NCBI GenBank assembly: GCA_965232515.1
Contig: CBDDPY010000002.1
Location: forward strand, 6,076,532 to 6,140,531
Direction: 5' to 3'
Source of the DNA: Alphaproteobacteria bacterium
GTDB taxonomy: Bacteria > Pseudomonadota > Alphaproteobacteria > GCA-2731375
Length of the DNA: 64,000 nucleotides
Part shown: piece by piece, positions 26,298 to 36,807 of the stretch
Position numbering within the stretch: position 1 is the stretch's first letter
How the letters are laid out: every line of letters starts with the position of its first letter
The notes under the pieces: generated by a model
Databases searched by the model: none
The model's input: the letters and a program-made list of their open reading frames with translations, nothing else
Told to the model about the DNA's origin: nothing
Program-made: the position numbers and the translations under genes

Positions 26298-27733
26298 GGC
26301 TTTTCGCCCTCGCGGCCGTACTGGTCCTCGAAGCGGACGATGTCGTCCTCGCCGAGATAGCTGCCGGACTGCACCTCGATCAGCTTCAGCTCGATCATGC
26401 CCGGATTGGCGAGGCGGTGCTTGACGCCGATCGGGATATACGTGCTCTCGTTCTCGTGCAGCAGCACGGTTTCCTCGCCGCGCGTCACGGTGGCCGTGCC
26501 CTGGACGACGATCCAGTGCTCGGCGCGATGGTGATGCATCTGCAGCGAGAGCTGGGCGCCCGGCTTGACCGCGATATGCTTGACCTGGAAGCGGTCGCCG
26601 AAATCGATGCTTTCGTAATAGCCCCAGGGCCGGTAGACCCGGTTATGCACGTCCGTCTCGCTGCGGCCGTTGGTTTTCAGGTCGTCGACGATGGCGCGCA
26701 CGTCCTGCACCTTTTCGCGGTCGGCCACCAGGACGGCGTCGTCGGTCTCGACCACCACGACGTTCGACAGGCCCAGGGCCGCGACCAGACGCTTGTCGGA
26801 CCTGAGATAGGAGTTCTCGACGTCGTGCGTGACTACGTCGCCAACGGTGACGTTGCCGGCATCGTCCCGATCGCCGATCTGCCACAATGCCGACCAGGAG
26901 CCGACATCGCTCCAGCCGATATCGGCGGCGACCACGGCGGCATCGGACGTATGCTCCATCACCGCGTAGTCGATCGAGATCGACGGCGACTTGCCGAAGG
27001 CGTCGGCGTCGAGCCGGGTGAACGACAGGTCCTCGGCGCCGCCCGCGAGGGCCGCCCGACAGGCCGAGACGATTTCGGGCTGCAGGCGTTCCAGCTCGTC
27101 CAGGTATTTAGCGGCCTTGAACACGAACATGCCGCTGTTCCAATAGTAGCCGCCGTCATCCAGGAAGGCCTGGGCCTTGGCGGCATCGGGCTTCTCGAGG
27201 AAGGCCTCGACGGCATAGCAGTCGTCGGCGCTCCCTTTGCCGGCGCCACGCTTGATGTAGCCGTAGCCGGTCTCGGGTGCGTCCGGCATGATGCCGAAGG
27301 TGACCAGCGCGCCGTCATCGGCCAGCGGCACCGTTTTGTCGACGGCCGCGATGAAGGCGTCCTGCTGCAGAATGGTGTGGTCCGACGGCAGCAGCATCAT
27401 CAGCGCGTCGGGGTCCCGTTCGCTCAAGGTCAGCGCGGCGACGGCCGCGGCAGGCGCGGTGTTGCGGCCGACAGGTTCGAGCACGATGGCCGACGGCTCG
27501 ATCTCGATGGCGCGTAGCTGCTCGGCGATGATGAAGCGGTGGTCGTTGTTGCAGATCACCATCGGCGCGGCGAACCGGTCGGGATCGGAGACCCGGTCCG
27601 CCGTCTCCTGCAACATGGTGCGTTCGCCCGCCAGCGACAGCAATTGCTTCGGGTAGACCTGGCGCGACAGCGGCCATAGCCGGGTGCCGGACCCGCCGGA
27701 GAGGATAACGGGATGGATCTTGCTCGCGGCCAT
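26294..27733 (-). CDS. manC: Mannose-1-phosphate guanylyltransferase / mannose-6-phosphate isomerase (bifunctional, cupin C-terminus).
   Basis: N-terminal nucleotidyltransferase (PVILSGGSGTRLWPLSR), C-terminal cupin. It overlaps glnE convergently by 4 nt. Confidence 0.85.
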   Translation of the reverse strand: MAASKIHPVILSGGSGTRLWPLSRQVYPKQLLSLAGERTMLQETADRVSDPDRFAAPMVICNNDHRFIIAEQLRAIEIEPSAIVLEPVGRNTAPAAAVAALTLSERDPDALMMLLPSDHTILQQDAFIAAVDKTVPLADDGALVTFGIMPDAPETGYGYIKRGAGKGSADDCYAVEAFLEKPDAAKAQAFLDDGGYYWNSGMFVFKAAKYLDELERLQPEIVSACRAALAGGAEDLSFTRLDADAFGKSPSISIDYAVMEHTSDAAVVAADIGWSDVGSWSALWQIGDRDDAGNVTVGDVVTHDVENSYLRSDKRLVAALGLSNVVVVETDDAVLVADREKVQDVRAIVDDLKTNGRSETDVHNRVYRPWGYYESIDFGDRFQVKHIAVKPGAQLSLQMHHHRAEHWIVVQGTATVTRGEETVLLHENESTYIPIGVKHRLANPGMIELKLIEVQSGSYLGEDDIVRFEDQYGREGEKP

Positions 27734-27752
27734 CGGAACGCCCCTTCAGGAT

Positions 27753-29339
27753 CTACTCACGCCCCGCTCGTATATCACATGCGCCTTGCCGGTCCAGTGA
27801 CATCCAGGCAATCACGGCGCTGCCGATGGCAAGCAGGGTGCTCAGCACCATGACTGCCCGAAAACCGTTGATAAATGCTTCATTAATCGCGTTTCTGAGG
27901 GCATCGGCCAGGTCCGGATCGAGCCCCGCGGGCAATGCCGCGGCGGCCAGCTTGATGCGTTCGGCGTCCAGCGTCGACAGCACGTCCGGCGGCGGCGCGA
28001 TGGCCGCGAGACCGGCATCGAGCGCCTGATTGAAAAAGGCGGCCAGGATAATGCCGAACAGGGCGACGGCGATCAGGCCGCCGACCCGGGCGACGGTATT
28101 GTTGATGGCCGAGGCGACGCCGGCCCGGTCGGGACCGGCGGCGTTGAGCGCCACCGTGGTCACGGGCGCGACGCAGACCCCCATGCCGAGGCCCAGAACC
28201 AGGGCGGCGGGGAAGTAGCCGGTCCAGTAGCTGTCGCCGATGCCGGGCACGGCGAACAGCGCGAACCCGGCGGCCGTGATCAGCGTGCCCGTGACCAGCG
28301 GCGGGCGCGGCCCGTATCGGTCGACCAGGCCTCCGGCCCAGCGCGACAGCAGCGAGATCATGGCGACGAACGGCAGCATGGCCGCGCCGGCGGCAAACGC
28401 GCTGTAGCCTTGCACCTGGATCAAATTGAAGGGCAGAAAGAACAGCGCGCCCTGCAGTCCGGCATAGAGCGTGAAGGTGAGCGCGTTGACGCCACTAAAG
28501 GTGGCCGAGCGAAACATGTCGAGGGGCAGCATCGGCGCGTTCGATACGGCCTCCACCCAGAGGAAGGCGACGACGGCGACGAGTCCGAGCAGGAGCGCGC
28601 CCCAGACGAGCGGGTGGCCGAACCCGAGACGCACCGAATCCAACAGACCGAAGGTAATGGCGGCGAGCGCCAGCGTGCCGAGTGCGGCGCCGATCCAGTC
28701 CGGCGGCTGACATTCGGCCCGGCTCTCCGGTACCCGCCAGTGGCTGATCGCGAGCGCCAATATCGCCAGCGGCGGGTTGATGAAGAAAATCCAGCGCCAG
28801 GACAGCGCGTCGACGGCCCAGCCGCCGAACACCGGGCCGAGGGAAACGGTGATCGCGGTCGCCGCGGACCAGGTGCCGATCGCCCGGCCGCGCCGCTGTT
28901 CGGGAAAGCAGGCCGAGATGATAGCGAGGCTGCCGGGGATCATTAGGGCGGCGCCGATGCCCTGTACGGCCCGCGCCAGGTTCAATTGCAGCGGCGTCAT
29001 GGCGAGGCCGCAGAGCAGGGACGCGACGGCGAAGATGACGATGCCGAGATTGAAGATACGGCGGCGGCCATGCCGGTCGCCGAGCGCGCCGCCGACCATG
29101 ATCAGCGAGGCCATGAACAGGATGTAGCCCTCGACCACCCATTGCGACTGGGTGATATCGGCGCCGAGATCGCGCTGCAACACCGGCAGGGCGACATTGA
29201 CCACGGTGCTGTCGAGGAAACCCATGCTGGAGGCGATGATCGTCGCCGCCAGCACCCAACGGCCATCCGGAGCGGTGGCAGTTTCGGGCTCGCGTTGACG
29301 GGCCGTCAGTTCGGCCCGGCCGCGAAACCCAAATGCCAT
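27753..29339 (-). CDS. MFS transporter, DHA2 (EmrB/QacA) 14-TM drug:H+ antiporter family.
   Basis: 528 aa with 14 predicted TM helices. It has MFS motif A-like GALGDRHGRRRIF. Confidence 0.8.
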   Translation of the reverse strand: MAFGFRGRAELTARQREPETATAPDGRWVLAATIIASSMGFLDSTVVNVALPVLQRDLGADITQSQWVVEGYILFMASLIMVGGALGDRHGRRRIFNLGIVIFAVASLLCGLAMTPLQLNLARAVQGIGAALMIPGSLAIISACFPEQRRGRAIGTWSAATAITVSLGPVFGGWAVDALSWRWIFFINPPLAILALAISHWRVPESRAECQPPDWIGAALGTLALAAITFGLLDSVRLGFGHPLVWGALLLGLVAVVAFLWVEAVSNAPMLPLDMFRSATFSGVNALTFTLYAGLQGALFFLPFNLIQVQGYSAFAAGAAMLPFVAMISLLSRWAGGLVDRYGPRPPLVTGTLITAAGFALFAVPGIGDSYWTGYFPAALVLGLGMGVCVAPVTTVALNAAGPDRAGVASAINNTVARVGGLIAVALFGIILAAFFNQALDAGLAAIAPPPDVLSTLDAERIKLAAAALPAGLDPDLADALRNAINEAFINGFRAVMVLSTLLAIGSAVIAWMSLDRQGACDIRAGRE

Positions 29340-29345
29340 GATTGA

Positions 29346-30551
29346 TTAGTAGGAGCGTGGTAGGCCGAGCACGTGCTGGGCCACATAGGCCAGCACGAGG
29401 TTGGTCGAGATCGGCGCCGTCTTCATCAGCCGGCATTCACGCCATTTACGCTCGATGTCGTATTCGCGGGCGAAGGCGAAGCCGCCGAAAGTCTGCATGC
29501 AGGTCTCGGCCGCTTCCCAGGCGGCTTCGGACGCCAGCATCTTGGCGATGTTCGCGTCCTCGCCGCAGTCCTTGCCGTCGTCGAACAGTGCCGCGGCGCG
29601 GCGCACCATCATGTCGGCGGCGCGCACCTGGGCATAGGCGCGGGCGATAGGGAATTGGATGCCCTGGTTCTTGCCGATCGGTGCGCCGAATACCTCGCGT
29701 TCGTTGGCGTAGGCCACCGCCTTGTCGATGAACCAGCGGCCGTCGCCGAGCGCTTCCGAGGCGACCAGCACGCGTTCGGCGTTCATGCCGTCGAGGATGT
29801 AGCGGAAGCCCTTGCCTTCCTCGCCGATCAGGTTCTCGGCCGGCACCCGCAGATTGTCGAAGAACACCTCGTTGGTGTTGTGGTTGATCATGGTCGGGAT
29901 CGGGCGGATCTCGAGGCCGTTGTCCTTGCCCGCGTTGAGGTCGACAATGAACGTGGAGATGCCGTCGGTGCGGCGCTTGACCTGGTCGGCCGGCGTGGTG
30001 CGGGCGAGCAGCAGCATCAAGTCCGATTGCCTTGCCCGCGAGGTCCAGATCTTCTGGCCGTTGACCACGTAATGGTCGCCGTCGCGCACAGCCCGGGTCT
30101 TGAGCTGGGTGGTGTCGGTGCCGGTCGTGGGCTCGGAGACGCCGAATGCCTGGAGCCGGATCTCTCCGGAGGCGATGCCGGGCAGGTATTTGCGCTTCTG
30201 CGCGTCGCTGCCGTGCCTGAGCAGCGTCCCCATGATGTACATCTGGGCGTGGCAGGCGCCGGCGTTGCAGCCGTTGGCGTGGATCTCCTCCAGGATCACT
30301 GAGCCGGCGCGGATCGGCAGGCCGGAGCCGCCATATTCCTCCGGGATCAGGGCGCCGAGGTAGCCGGACTGGGTCAGGGCCTGGACGAACTCCTCGGGAT
30401 ATTCCGACTTTTCGTCCTTCTCGCGCCAGTATTCGCCGGGGAATCCTTCGCAGATCCGGCGCACGCTGTCGCGGATATCGGCATAGTCCTCATCGACCGG
30501 GACCACCGTGACACTATCGGCGCCGTGCCCCGCATCCAATTCAGCAACCAT
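29346..30551 (-). CDS. Acyl-CoA dehydrogenase.
   Basis: ACAD fold with FAD-binding and C-terminal catalytic regions (GGFAFAREYDIERKWRE). ATG 30551 follows a GGGAGGAAAG RBS. The track start at 30665 is probably too long. Confidence 0.85.
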   Translation of the reverse strand: MVAELDAGHGADSVTVVPVDEDYADIRDSVRRICEGFPGEYWREKDEKSEYPEEFVQALTQSGYLGALIPEEYGGSGLPIRAGSVILEEIHANGCNAGACHAQMYIMGTLLRHGSDAQKRKYLPGIASGEIRLQAFGVSEPTTGTDTTQLKTRAVRDGDHYVVNGQKIWTSRARQSDLMLLLARTTPADQVKRRTDGISTFIVDLNAGKDNGLEIRPIPTMINHNTNEVFFDNLRVPAENLIGEEGKGFRYILDGMNAERVLVASEALGDGRWFIDKAVAYANEREVFGAPIGKNQGIQFPIARAYAQVRAADMMVRRAAALFDDGKDCGEDANIAKMLASEAAWEAAETCMQTFGGFAFAREYDIERKWRECRLMKTAPISTNLVLAYVAQHVLGLPRSY

Positions 30552-30564
30552 CAGCTTTCCTCCC

Positions 30565-31359
30565 TCAGCGTCCGACGAAGCGGGGCTTGCGTTTCTCGTT
30601 GAAGGCGCGCACGCCCTCCATGCGGTCTTCCGTCGGCACCAGACGGTTATAGGCTTCGATCTCAATGCCGAGCGCCGTCGTCAGGTCCGTGCCCATGCCC
30701 AGGTTCATCGCGCGCTTGGCCTGGCGCACGGCCAGCGGCGCGTTGGCGCAGATCCGGCGGGCCACCTCCAGCACGCCGCCCATCAACGCATCCGGCGCAT
30801 GGATCTCGTTCACCATGCCCCAGTCGTAGGCCTCCTGGGCGCTGAACGGACGGCCGGACAGGATCAGCTCCTTGGCGCGGCGGATGCCGACGGCGCGCGG
30901 TAGGTTTTGGGTACCGCCACTGCCGGGAATGATGCCGAGGGTGATTTCCGTCAGCGCGAAGCGCGCGGTTTCGGACGCGTGAATGAAGTCGCAGCCCAGC
31001 GCGAACTCGCAGCCGCCGCCGAAAGCGGCGCCGTTCACCGCGGCGATGATCGGCACCGGACAGTCCAGCATGGTGTAGAAGGCCTGCTCGAACAGCACAT
31101 GCTGCAGGCGCCAGGCCTCGTCGGTCATGCCGTCGCGTTCCTTCAGGTCGCCGCCGGCGCAGAACGCGCGGTCGCCGCTGCCGGTCAGGACGATGCAGCG
31201 CACGTCGCCGGGATCCAGCACCAGGCCGGTGAACAGGTCGTGCAGGTCGCGACCCATTTGCGTGTTGAGCGCATTGGCCGCCTGCGGCCGGTTGAAGGTA
31301 ACGCGCAGCAGATGCGCTTCCGGCGTCTCGACCGTCAGTGTCTCGTAAGACTTAGTCAT
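30565..31359 (-). CDS. Enoyl-CoA hydratase/isomerase (crotonase family).
   Basis: Crotonase motifs (LTGSGDRAFCAGGDL, AAVNGAAFGGGCEFAL). Its start overlaps the upstream AKR stop by 8 nt. Confidence 0.85.
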   Translation of the reverse strand: MTKSYETLTVETPEAHLLRVTFNRPQAANALNTQMGRDLHDLFTGLVLDPGDVRCIVLTGSGDRAFCAGGDLKERDGMTDEAWRLQHVLFEQAFYTMLDCPVPIIAAVNGAAFGGGCEFALGCDFIHASETARFALTEITLGIIPGSGGTQNLPRAVGIRRAKELILSGRPFSAQEAYDWGMVNEIHAPDALMGGVLEVARRICANAPLAVRQAKRAMNLGMGTDLTTALGIEIEAYNRLVPTEDRMEGVRAFNEKRKPRFVGR

Positions 31360-32365
31360 TGGTCAGCGGCACCCGGCCTTCGAGTGGATACGCAGGGTCA
31401 TTGTAGCCGGGTGTCGAGGGATGACCGGCGGTGACCAGCTCGTCGACCAGCGCTTCGTCCTCGGCTGTGAATGCATAGTCGAGCGCGCCGACATAGTCGT
31501 CCCAGTGCGCTTCGGTGCGCGGGCCGACGATCGGCGCCGTAACGAGCGCATTGTTCAACACCCAGCAGACGGCGAACTGGCCGGGCGTGACGCCACGGGC
31601 TTCGGCATGCTTGGCAATGGTCTGGGCGATCTCTAGCGATTCCTTGCGCCATTCGGTCTGCATCATGCGGGTGTCGCTACGGCCGGCGCGGGTGTCGTCG
31701 GGCGGCGGCGCGTCGGGATCGTATTTGCCGGTCAGCACGCCGCGCGCCAGCGGGCTGTAGGGCACGACGCCGAGGCCGTAGTAGGCGCAGGCCGGTAGCT
31801 GCTCGACCTCGGGCATGCGGTTCATGGCGTTGTAGTAGGGCTGACTGACCACCGGCCGGTCGATGCCCAACCGGTCGCAGATGTTGCAGATCTCGGCGAT
31901 GCGCCAGGAGCGGTAGTTGGAGACGCCGAAATAGCGGATCTTGCCCTGGCGGATCAGCTCGGCGAGCGCGCCGACGGTCTCCTCCAGCGGCGTGTCATGG
32001 TCTTCCTTATGCAGGTAGTAGATGTCGATATAGTCGGTGCCGAGCCGGCGCAAGCTGGCGTCACAGGCCTCGATCACCCATTTGCGCGACAGGCCGCCCT
32101 GATTGGGGCCATCGCCCATGGCGTTCGCCAGCTTGGTCGCCAGCACCCACCAGTCCCGTTGGTTGCCGATCGCCCGGCCGGTAACTTCCTCCGAGCCGCC
32201 GCGGCTGTAGGCGTCGGCCGTGTCGATGAAGTTCACGCCGGCGTCGCGCGCCCTGGCGATGATGCGGCCACTGGTCGGCTCGTCGGTCTGGCCGCCGAAC
32301 ATCATCGTGCCGAGGCAGAGCGGCGAGACCTTCAGCCCGCTGGCGCCGAGTTTGCGATACTCCAT
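31352..32365 (-). CDS. Aldo/keto reductase.
   Basis: MEYRKLGASGLKVSPLCLGTMMFGG and an AKR catalytic tetrad context. A GGGAGGAA RBS is present. Confidence 0.85.
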   Translation of the reverse strand: MEYRKLGASGLKVSPLCLGTMMFGGQTDEPTSGRIIARARDAGVNFIDTADAYSRGGSEEVTGRAIGNQRDWWVLATKLANAMGDGPNQGGLSRKWVIEACDASLRRLGTDYIDIYYLHKEDHDTPLEETVGALAELIRQGKIRYFGVSNYRSWRIAEICNICDRLGIDRPVVSQPYYNAMNRMPEVEQLPACAYYGLGVVPYSPLARGVLTGKYDPDAPPPDDTRAGRSDTRMMQTEWRKESLEIAQTIAKHAEARGVTPGQFAVCWVLNNALVTAPIVGPRTEAHWDDYVGALDYAFTAEDEALVDELVTAGHPSTPGYNDPAYPLEGRVPLTND

Positions 32366-32414
32366 CCGTAATTCCTCCCTGACTTCGCCGCACAGCTTAT
32401 ACCAACGGCCAGGG

Positions 32415-33734
32415 CTAGAAATAGCTCGTGAACCCCAAGGCGGTTGGCAGCCAGAGGATGAGTTGTGGGAACAGGATCAGGAGCGCCAGGCGGAACAGGT
32501 CGGCCAGCAGAAACGGCACGATGCCGCGGAAGATGGTGCCGAGCGGCACCTGCGGCGCCATGCCGTGCAGCACGAAGACGTTCAGGCCGATCGGCGGCGT
32601 GATCATGCCGACCTCGATCAGCACGATCATCACCAGACCCCACCAGATCGGATCGTAGCCAAGGCCGATGATCAGCGGGTAGACGAAGGGCAGTGTGATG
32701 ACCATGCCGGCCGTTGTGTCGAAGACGCTGCCGAGGATGATGAACATCACCGCCAGGATGCCGATCACCACGATGCCCGGCAGGTTCTGGGACTGGATCC
32801 ACCCGACCAGCTCGCCCGGCGCGCCCGAGATGGTGACGAAATAGGACATGGTCGAGGCGCCGATGATGATCAGGAAGATCATGCCGGTGGTGCCGGCGGT
32901 ATCGCCTAGCACCTCGGTCAGCGTCTTGGCGCTGGTATGGCCGCCGAACAGGTAGAACAGGAAGGCCAGTCCGGCGCCGACGGCGGCGGCCTCCGACACC
33001 GTGAAGATGCCGCCATAGATGCCGCCGCTGACCGCGAAGGCCAGCGCGACGACGCGCCAGCTCTGGCGCGTGGCGGTGGCGCGCTGGCGCCATGCCGTCC
33101 GTTCCGCGGCCGGGCCGGCTTCCGGATTGATGCGCACATAGACCGAGATGGCGACCATGTAGACGGCGACCGTCAGCACGCCCGGTACGATGGCGCCGGC
33201 GAACATCGCCAGCACCGACTGTTCGGTCAGCACGGCATAGAGCACCATCAGGATCGACGGTGGGATCAGCATGCCGAGCGAGCCGCCGCCGGCGATCGAG
33301 CCGGTCGCCAGCTGCGCGCTGTAGCGGCGCTGCAGCATCTCGGGCAGGGCGACGCGGGTCATCGTGGCCGCGGTGGCGATGGACGAGCCGCTGACCGCGC
33401 CGAAGCCGGCGCAGGCGCCGATGGTCGCCAGCGCCAGGCCGCCGCGGAAATGGCCGATAAAGGCCTGGGCCAATCGGTAGATATCGGTCGACATGCCGCT
33501 CGCCGTGGCGAAACCGCCCATCAGCAGGAACAGCGGAATCACGGCCAGTTCCAGGCTCGACAGCGCGCTGGTGGCCTCGGTCTTCAGGATGCTGAAGGCG
33601 AGGCCCATGTCGCCTTCCAGCAGGCCGAAGCAGATCAGACCGGTCGCCGTCATGGCGACGCCGACCGGCACGTGGAGCGCAATCAGCGCGAACATGCCGA
33701 CCAGCCCCAGGACGACGATCAGGATCGGATCCAT
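32415..33734 (-). CDS. TRAP transporter large permease (DctM family).
   Basis: 439 aa and 12 or more TM helices, with a typical DctM N-terminus. Confidence 0.85.
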   Translation of the reverse strand: MDPILIVVLGLVGMFALIALHVPVGVAMTATGLICFGLLEGDMGLAFSILKTEATSALSSLELAVIPLFLLMGGFATASGMSTDIYRLAQAFIGHFRGGLALATIGACAGFGAVSGSSIATAATMTRVALPEMLQRRYSAQLATGSIAGGGSLGMLIPPSILMVLYAVLTEQSVLAMFAGAIVPGVLTVAVYMVAISVYVRINPEAGPAAERTAWRQRATATRQSWRVVALAFAVSGGIYGGIFTVSEAAAVGAGLAFLFYLFGGHTSAKTLTEVLGDTAGTTGMIFLIIIGASTMSYFVTISGAPGELVGWIQSQNLPGIVVIGILAVMFIILGSVFDTTAGMVITLPFVYPLIIGLGYDPIWWGLVMIVLIEVGMITPPIGLNVFVLHGMAPQVPLGTIFRGIVPFLLADLFRLALLILFPQLILWLPTALGFTSYF

Positions 33735-33768
33735 CAGACCGGCGCCTGGCCGATATTGCGGTCCGTCA

Positions 33769-34302
33769 TCAAAGGATCGACGCCTTCTCGCCGCCGTCGT
33801 TCAGCGACCGGCCCGACACGGCGGCCGCGATCTGGGCCAGCAGCACCAGTGCCTGCACGACCGCCGCTGCGGATGACAGCACGGCGGCCGCCCACCAGGT
33901 CGGCTGTAACGGCAGCGCGATGATGAAGGTGACCTGATTGCCGACCTCGCTGGCATGGATCATCAGCTGCCAGGCCACCGCGGCGATGAACACGAAGGTC
34001 AGGCTGTGGCCGAAGACCTCGAGCCAGGCCGCGGCGCGGGGTCCGAGCGCCTTGCCTACGAAGCGCACCGTAATGTTGGTGCGCAAGCCGAAGCTGGAGA
34101 CGAAGCAGGCGGCGATGGCGACCGTAATCGTCAGGATGACGATGTCCTCGAGACCGTGGATCGGGCTCAGGAACAGCCAGCGCAGCAGCACGTCGAGCAT
34201 GATCGCGAGCGAGATCAGCAGCAAGACGCACACCGCCAGCCAGGCGATGATGCGGCTTGCCTGCATAACCTGCCGGTTCAGGCGGAACAGCGCCTCGGTC
34301 AT
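33769..34302 (-). CDS. TRAP transporter small permease (DctQ family).
   Basis: 177 aa with 4 TM helices, between the DctP and DctM genes. Confidence 0.75.
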   Translation of the reverse strand: MTEALFRLNRQVMQASRIIAWLAVCVLLLISLAIMLDVLLRWLFLSPIHGLEDIVILTITVAIAACFVSSFGLRTNITVRFVGKALGPRAAAWLEVFGHSLTFVFIAAVAWQLMIHASEVGNQVTFIIALPLQPTWWAAAVLSSAAAVVQALVLLAQIAAAVSGRSLNDGGEKASIL

Positions 34303-34320
34303 GGCGACGCGACCGTGGGG

Positions 34321-35331
34321 CTACTGGCTGGCGCGGACCTTGGCCAGTTCCTCTTCCATGGCGGCGAACAGCGCCGGTCCGTTCGGATGCTTCGTCTTCC
34401 AGTCGTCGATGATCGGCGTCAGCCGTTCTTCCCAGCGACCACGTTCATCCGCCGACAGTTCGACGGTGGTGTTGCGTCCCGACGCGGCCGCGGCGTCGCG
34501 GGCCTGATCGCCCACGATGTTGTAGTTCTTGGCCATGCGCTCGGCGATCCAATCACCGGAATACTTGTCGATCACGGCCTGCAGGTTGGCCGGCAGCGAG
34601 TCGTACTTCTTCTTGTTCATGCCGACCATCAGCGGCGTGAAGCCCTGCGGGACGTTGACGTGATGGGTGACCGTCGGGGTCACGCGGAACGTATTCATCG
34701 ACTCCCAGCCAAGCAGCGTGCCGTCGATGACCCCGCGGCTCAGCGACTCGGCCGTTTGCGTGACCGGAATGCCGCCGACCGGCGTGCCGCCCAGGGCCTC
34801 GATGATCTGCGACTGGATGCCCGTGGCGACGCGGATCTTCCTGCCCTTCAGGTCGTCGAGCGAGGCGTAGTCGAAGTTCATATGCGTGTTGTAGGCCGAC
34901 GTCGTGCCGAGCCCGAGCACGTGCACCTTGTCATAGCCCCTGAGCAGGCCGCGCTCGTAGAGCCGCTGGTGTACCAGCGAGGCTTCGAGCGTCGATTCCA
35001 TGACCAGCGGCAGCTCCATCAGCGAGTTGTCGGGAAACTCGCCGGGCGTGTAGCTCTGCACGATGAACGAGATGTCGGTGACCCCGTCCATCAGCAACTG
35101 CAGTTGCGCGCGCGGGTTGCGGCCCAGCGAGCCGCCGGGAAAGATCTGGATGACGACCTGCCCGTCGGTCTCCTCCTTGATCTTCTCCGCCATGGGAACG
35201 AACAGATTGCTGTGCGTCAGTGACTGCACCGGCAGAAAGTGTCCGAACTTCAGGCGATAGACCTTGTCGGCGAGCGCCGGGCCGGTCATCAGACCGGTCG
35301 CGACGGCGGCAAGAACGAGTTGCTTCAACAT
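34321..35331 (-). CDS. TRAP transporter substrate-binding protein (DctP family).
   Basis: Signal peptide MLKQLVLAAVATGLMTGPALA, 336 aa, periplasmic SBP. Confidence 0.85.
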   Translation of the reverse strand: MLKQLVLAAVATGLMTGPALADKVYRLKFGHFLPVQSLTHSNLFVPMAEKIKEETDGQVVIQIFPGGSLGRNPRAQLQLLMDGVTDISFIVQSYTPGEFPDNSLMELPLVMESTLEASLVHQRLYERGLLRGYDKVHVLGLGTTSAYNTHMNFDYASLDDLKGRKIRVATGIQSQIIEALGGTPVGGIPVTQTAESLSRGVIDGTLLGWESMNTFRVTPTVTHHVNVPQGFTPLMVGMNKKKYDSLPANLQAVIDKYSGDWIAERMAKNYNIVGDQARDAAAASGRNTTVELSADERGRWEERLTPIIDDWKTKHPNGPALFAAMEEELAKVRASQ

Positions 35332-35476
35332 TGGCGACCTCCCAAGACGTGAAAGCGCCGGCTGTCGGCCGGCGCGGCGCTGAACATAGCGCCGGATTCA
35401 CCCGGTCCGGGCGAATTAGCGTTTCTGGTTGGGAGTTAAACGCCCCGTGACGCCGACGCAAGCGGTTTTGATCGTG

Positions 35477-35911
35477 CTACTCGACCCGGGTCCAGATCTG
35501 GGATTTGCAGAAGATCAGCACGCAACCCTCGACCTTCAACGTCTTGTCGTCCTGCAGGCTCATCTTCGATTTGTAGGTCTTGCCGTCTTCCGGATTGTAG
35601 ATCCGGCCTCCGGACCAGCTGGCGCCGTCCGACGTCTCGAAGCCCGACAGAAGGCGCAGGCCGACGATGGTCCTGTCACGCTGGGTTTCGTCTTCGTTGA
35701 AGATATCGCGCTTCGGCACGCCTTGATCGTCGTTGGGCTCTTTCAGCCAGACGATGACGCCGCACAGGCGTTCGCCGCACGGTTCGATCCGGACATGCGA
35801 TTTCTCCTTCTCCGTGGCCCAAAGCCCCGCGGCACCGGCCGCCATCGCGGGTGAGATCATCGTCAGGGACACGGCGAGGGCGACAAGAAGATAGCGAAAA
35901 GCGATCAACAC
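35477..35911 (-). CDS. DUF2147 family secreted protein.
   Basis: Signal peptide plus the GLWATEKEKSHVRIEPCGERLCGVIVWLK pattern characteristic of DUF2147. A GTG start is inferred. Confidence 0.6.
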   Translation of the reverse strand: MLIAFRYLLVALAVSLTMISPAMAAGAAGLWATEKEKSHVRIEPCGERLCGVIVWLKEPNDDQGVPKRDIFNEDETQRDRTIVGLRLLSGFETSDGASWSGGRIYNPEDGKTYKSKMSLQDDKTLKVEGCVLIFCKSQIWTRVE

Positions 35912-35964
35912 GGCCTCCGTTGCCTATCGAACACCACGGATATATAGGGCGCGATGCCGGAGAA

Positions 35965-36684
35965 TCAGCCGCCGTTGCACCGTTGATATGTTTCGACCCG
36001 GTTCATCAGCCGGTGCATGGGACCGTCGGCGATGCCGAGCTCGTCCAGGTGCAGCACCAGATTGTGCAGATAGTCGGCGCAACGGCCGAGCTGGCCTTCC
36101 GCCGTGGCTAGCGCCTTGACGGTCTCGTCCTCGGGCATGTCGGCGACATAGCGCTCGTGCTGGCGATTGATCACGAAGGTGACCGCGCGGATCGGCCCCT
36201 TGTCGGTGTGCACCGTCACCCATTCGGCCCGATACGCGCCGCTCAGCATCTCGCGGCGCCAGACGATCTGAGTTTCGCTCTCGACGTGATCGGAATCGAT
36301 CCGGAGCGCGAGACCACGACAGCTGCCGCCGGGCTCCATCCCCAGCATCAGGCCGGGCTGTTCCGGCGAGCCGCGGCCGATCGGCGTCGACAGGCAAAAG
36401 CTGCGGTGATAGCCGTAGATCAAGCCCGGCACGCGATCGGCGACATGGCAGGCCGGGTTCCACATCAGCGAGCCGTAGGCGAAAATCCAGACGTCCTCGT
36501 CCGGACCGATATCGCTCAGCACGTCGCGGCGGATCGCCTCGCGCTCTTCGGCCTCCATGACGATGAAAGCGCCGATCCGGTGGGCCTCCTGGCGGATCTG
36601 GGCGACACGTTCCTCGGTGATATCCTCGCGCCGCAGGCCGTCGTTGACGATGCCCCGAAGTTTCAACCGCAAATCCTCAACCAA
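35965..36684 (-). CDS. ChaC-like gamma-glutamylcyclotransferase (glutathione-degrading).
   Basis: ChaC/GGCT signature (WIFAYGSLMWNP, catalytic Glu region). Confidence 0.7.
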   Translation of the reverse strand: MVEDLRLKLRGIVNDGLRREDITEERVAQIRQEAHRIGAFIVMEAEEREAIRRDVLSDIGPDEDVWIFAYGSLMWNPACHVADRVPGLIYGYHRSFCLSTPIGRGSPEQPGLMLGMEPGGSCRGLALRIDSDHVESETQIVWRREMLSGAYRAEWVTVHTDKGPIRAVTFVINRQHERYVADMPEDETVKALATAEGQLGRCADYLHNLVLHLDELGIADGPMHRLMNRVETYQRCNGG

Positions 36685-36807
36685 AATCGACCGCGCCCGT
36701 CTTGACGAATGGGGCCCGTCGAAAAATGCATGCCAATGCCGGAGCGGCCCGTAGTATCTCTTCTCACCTTACCTATACCCGGCAAAGGCGACAGAGCAAG
36801 CGCTGTG

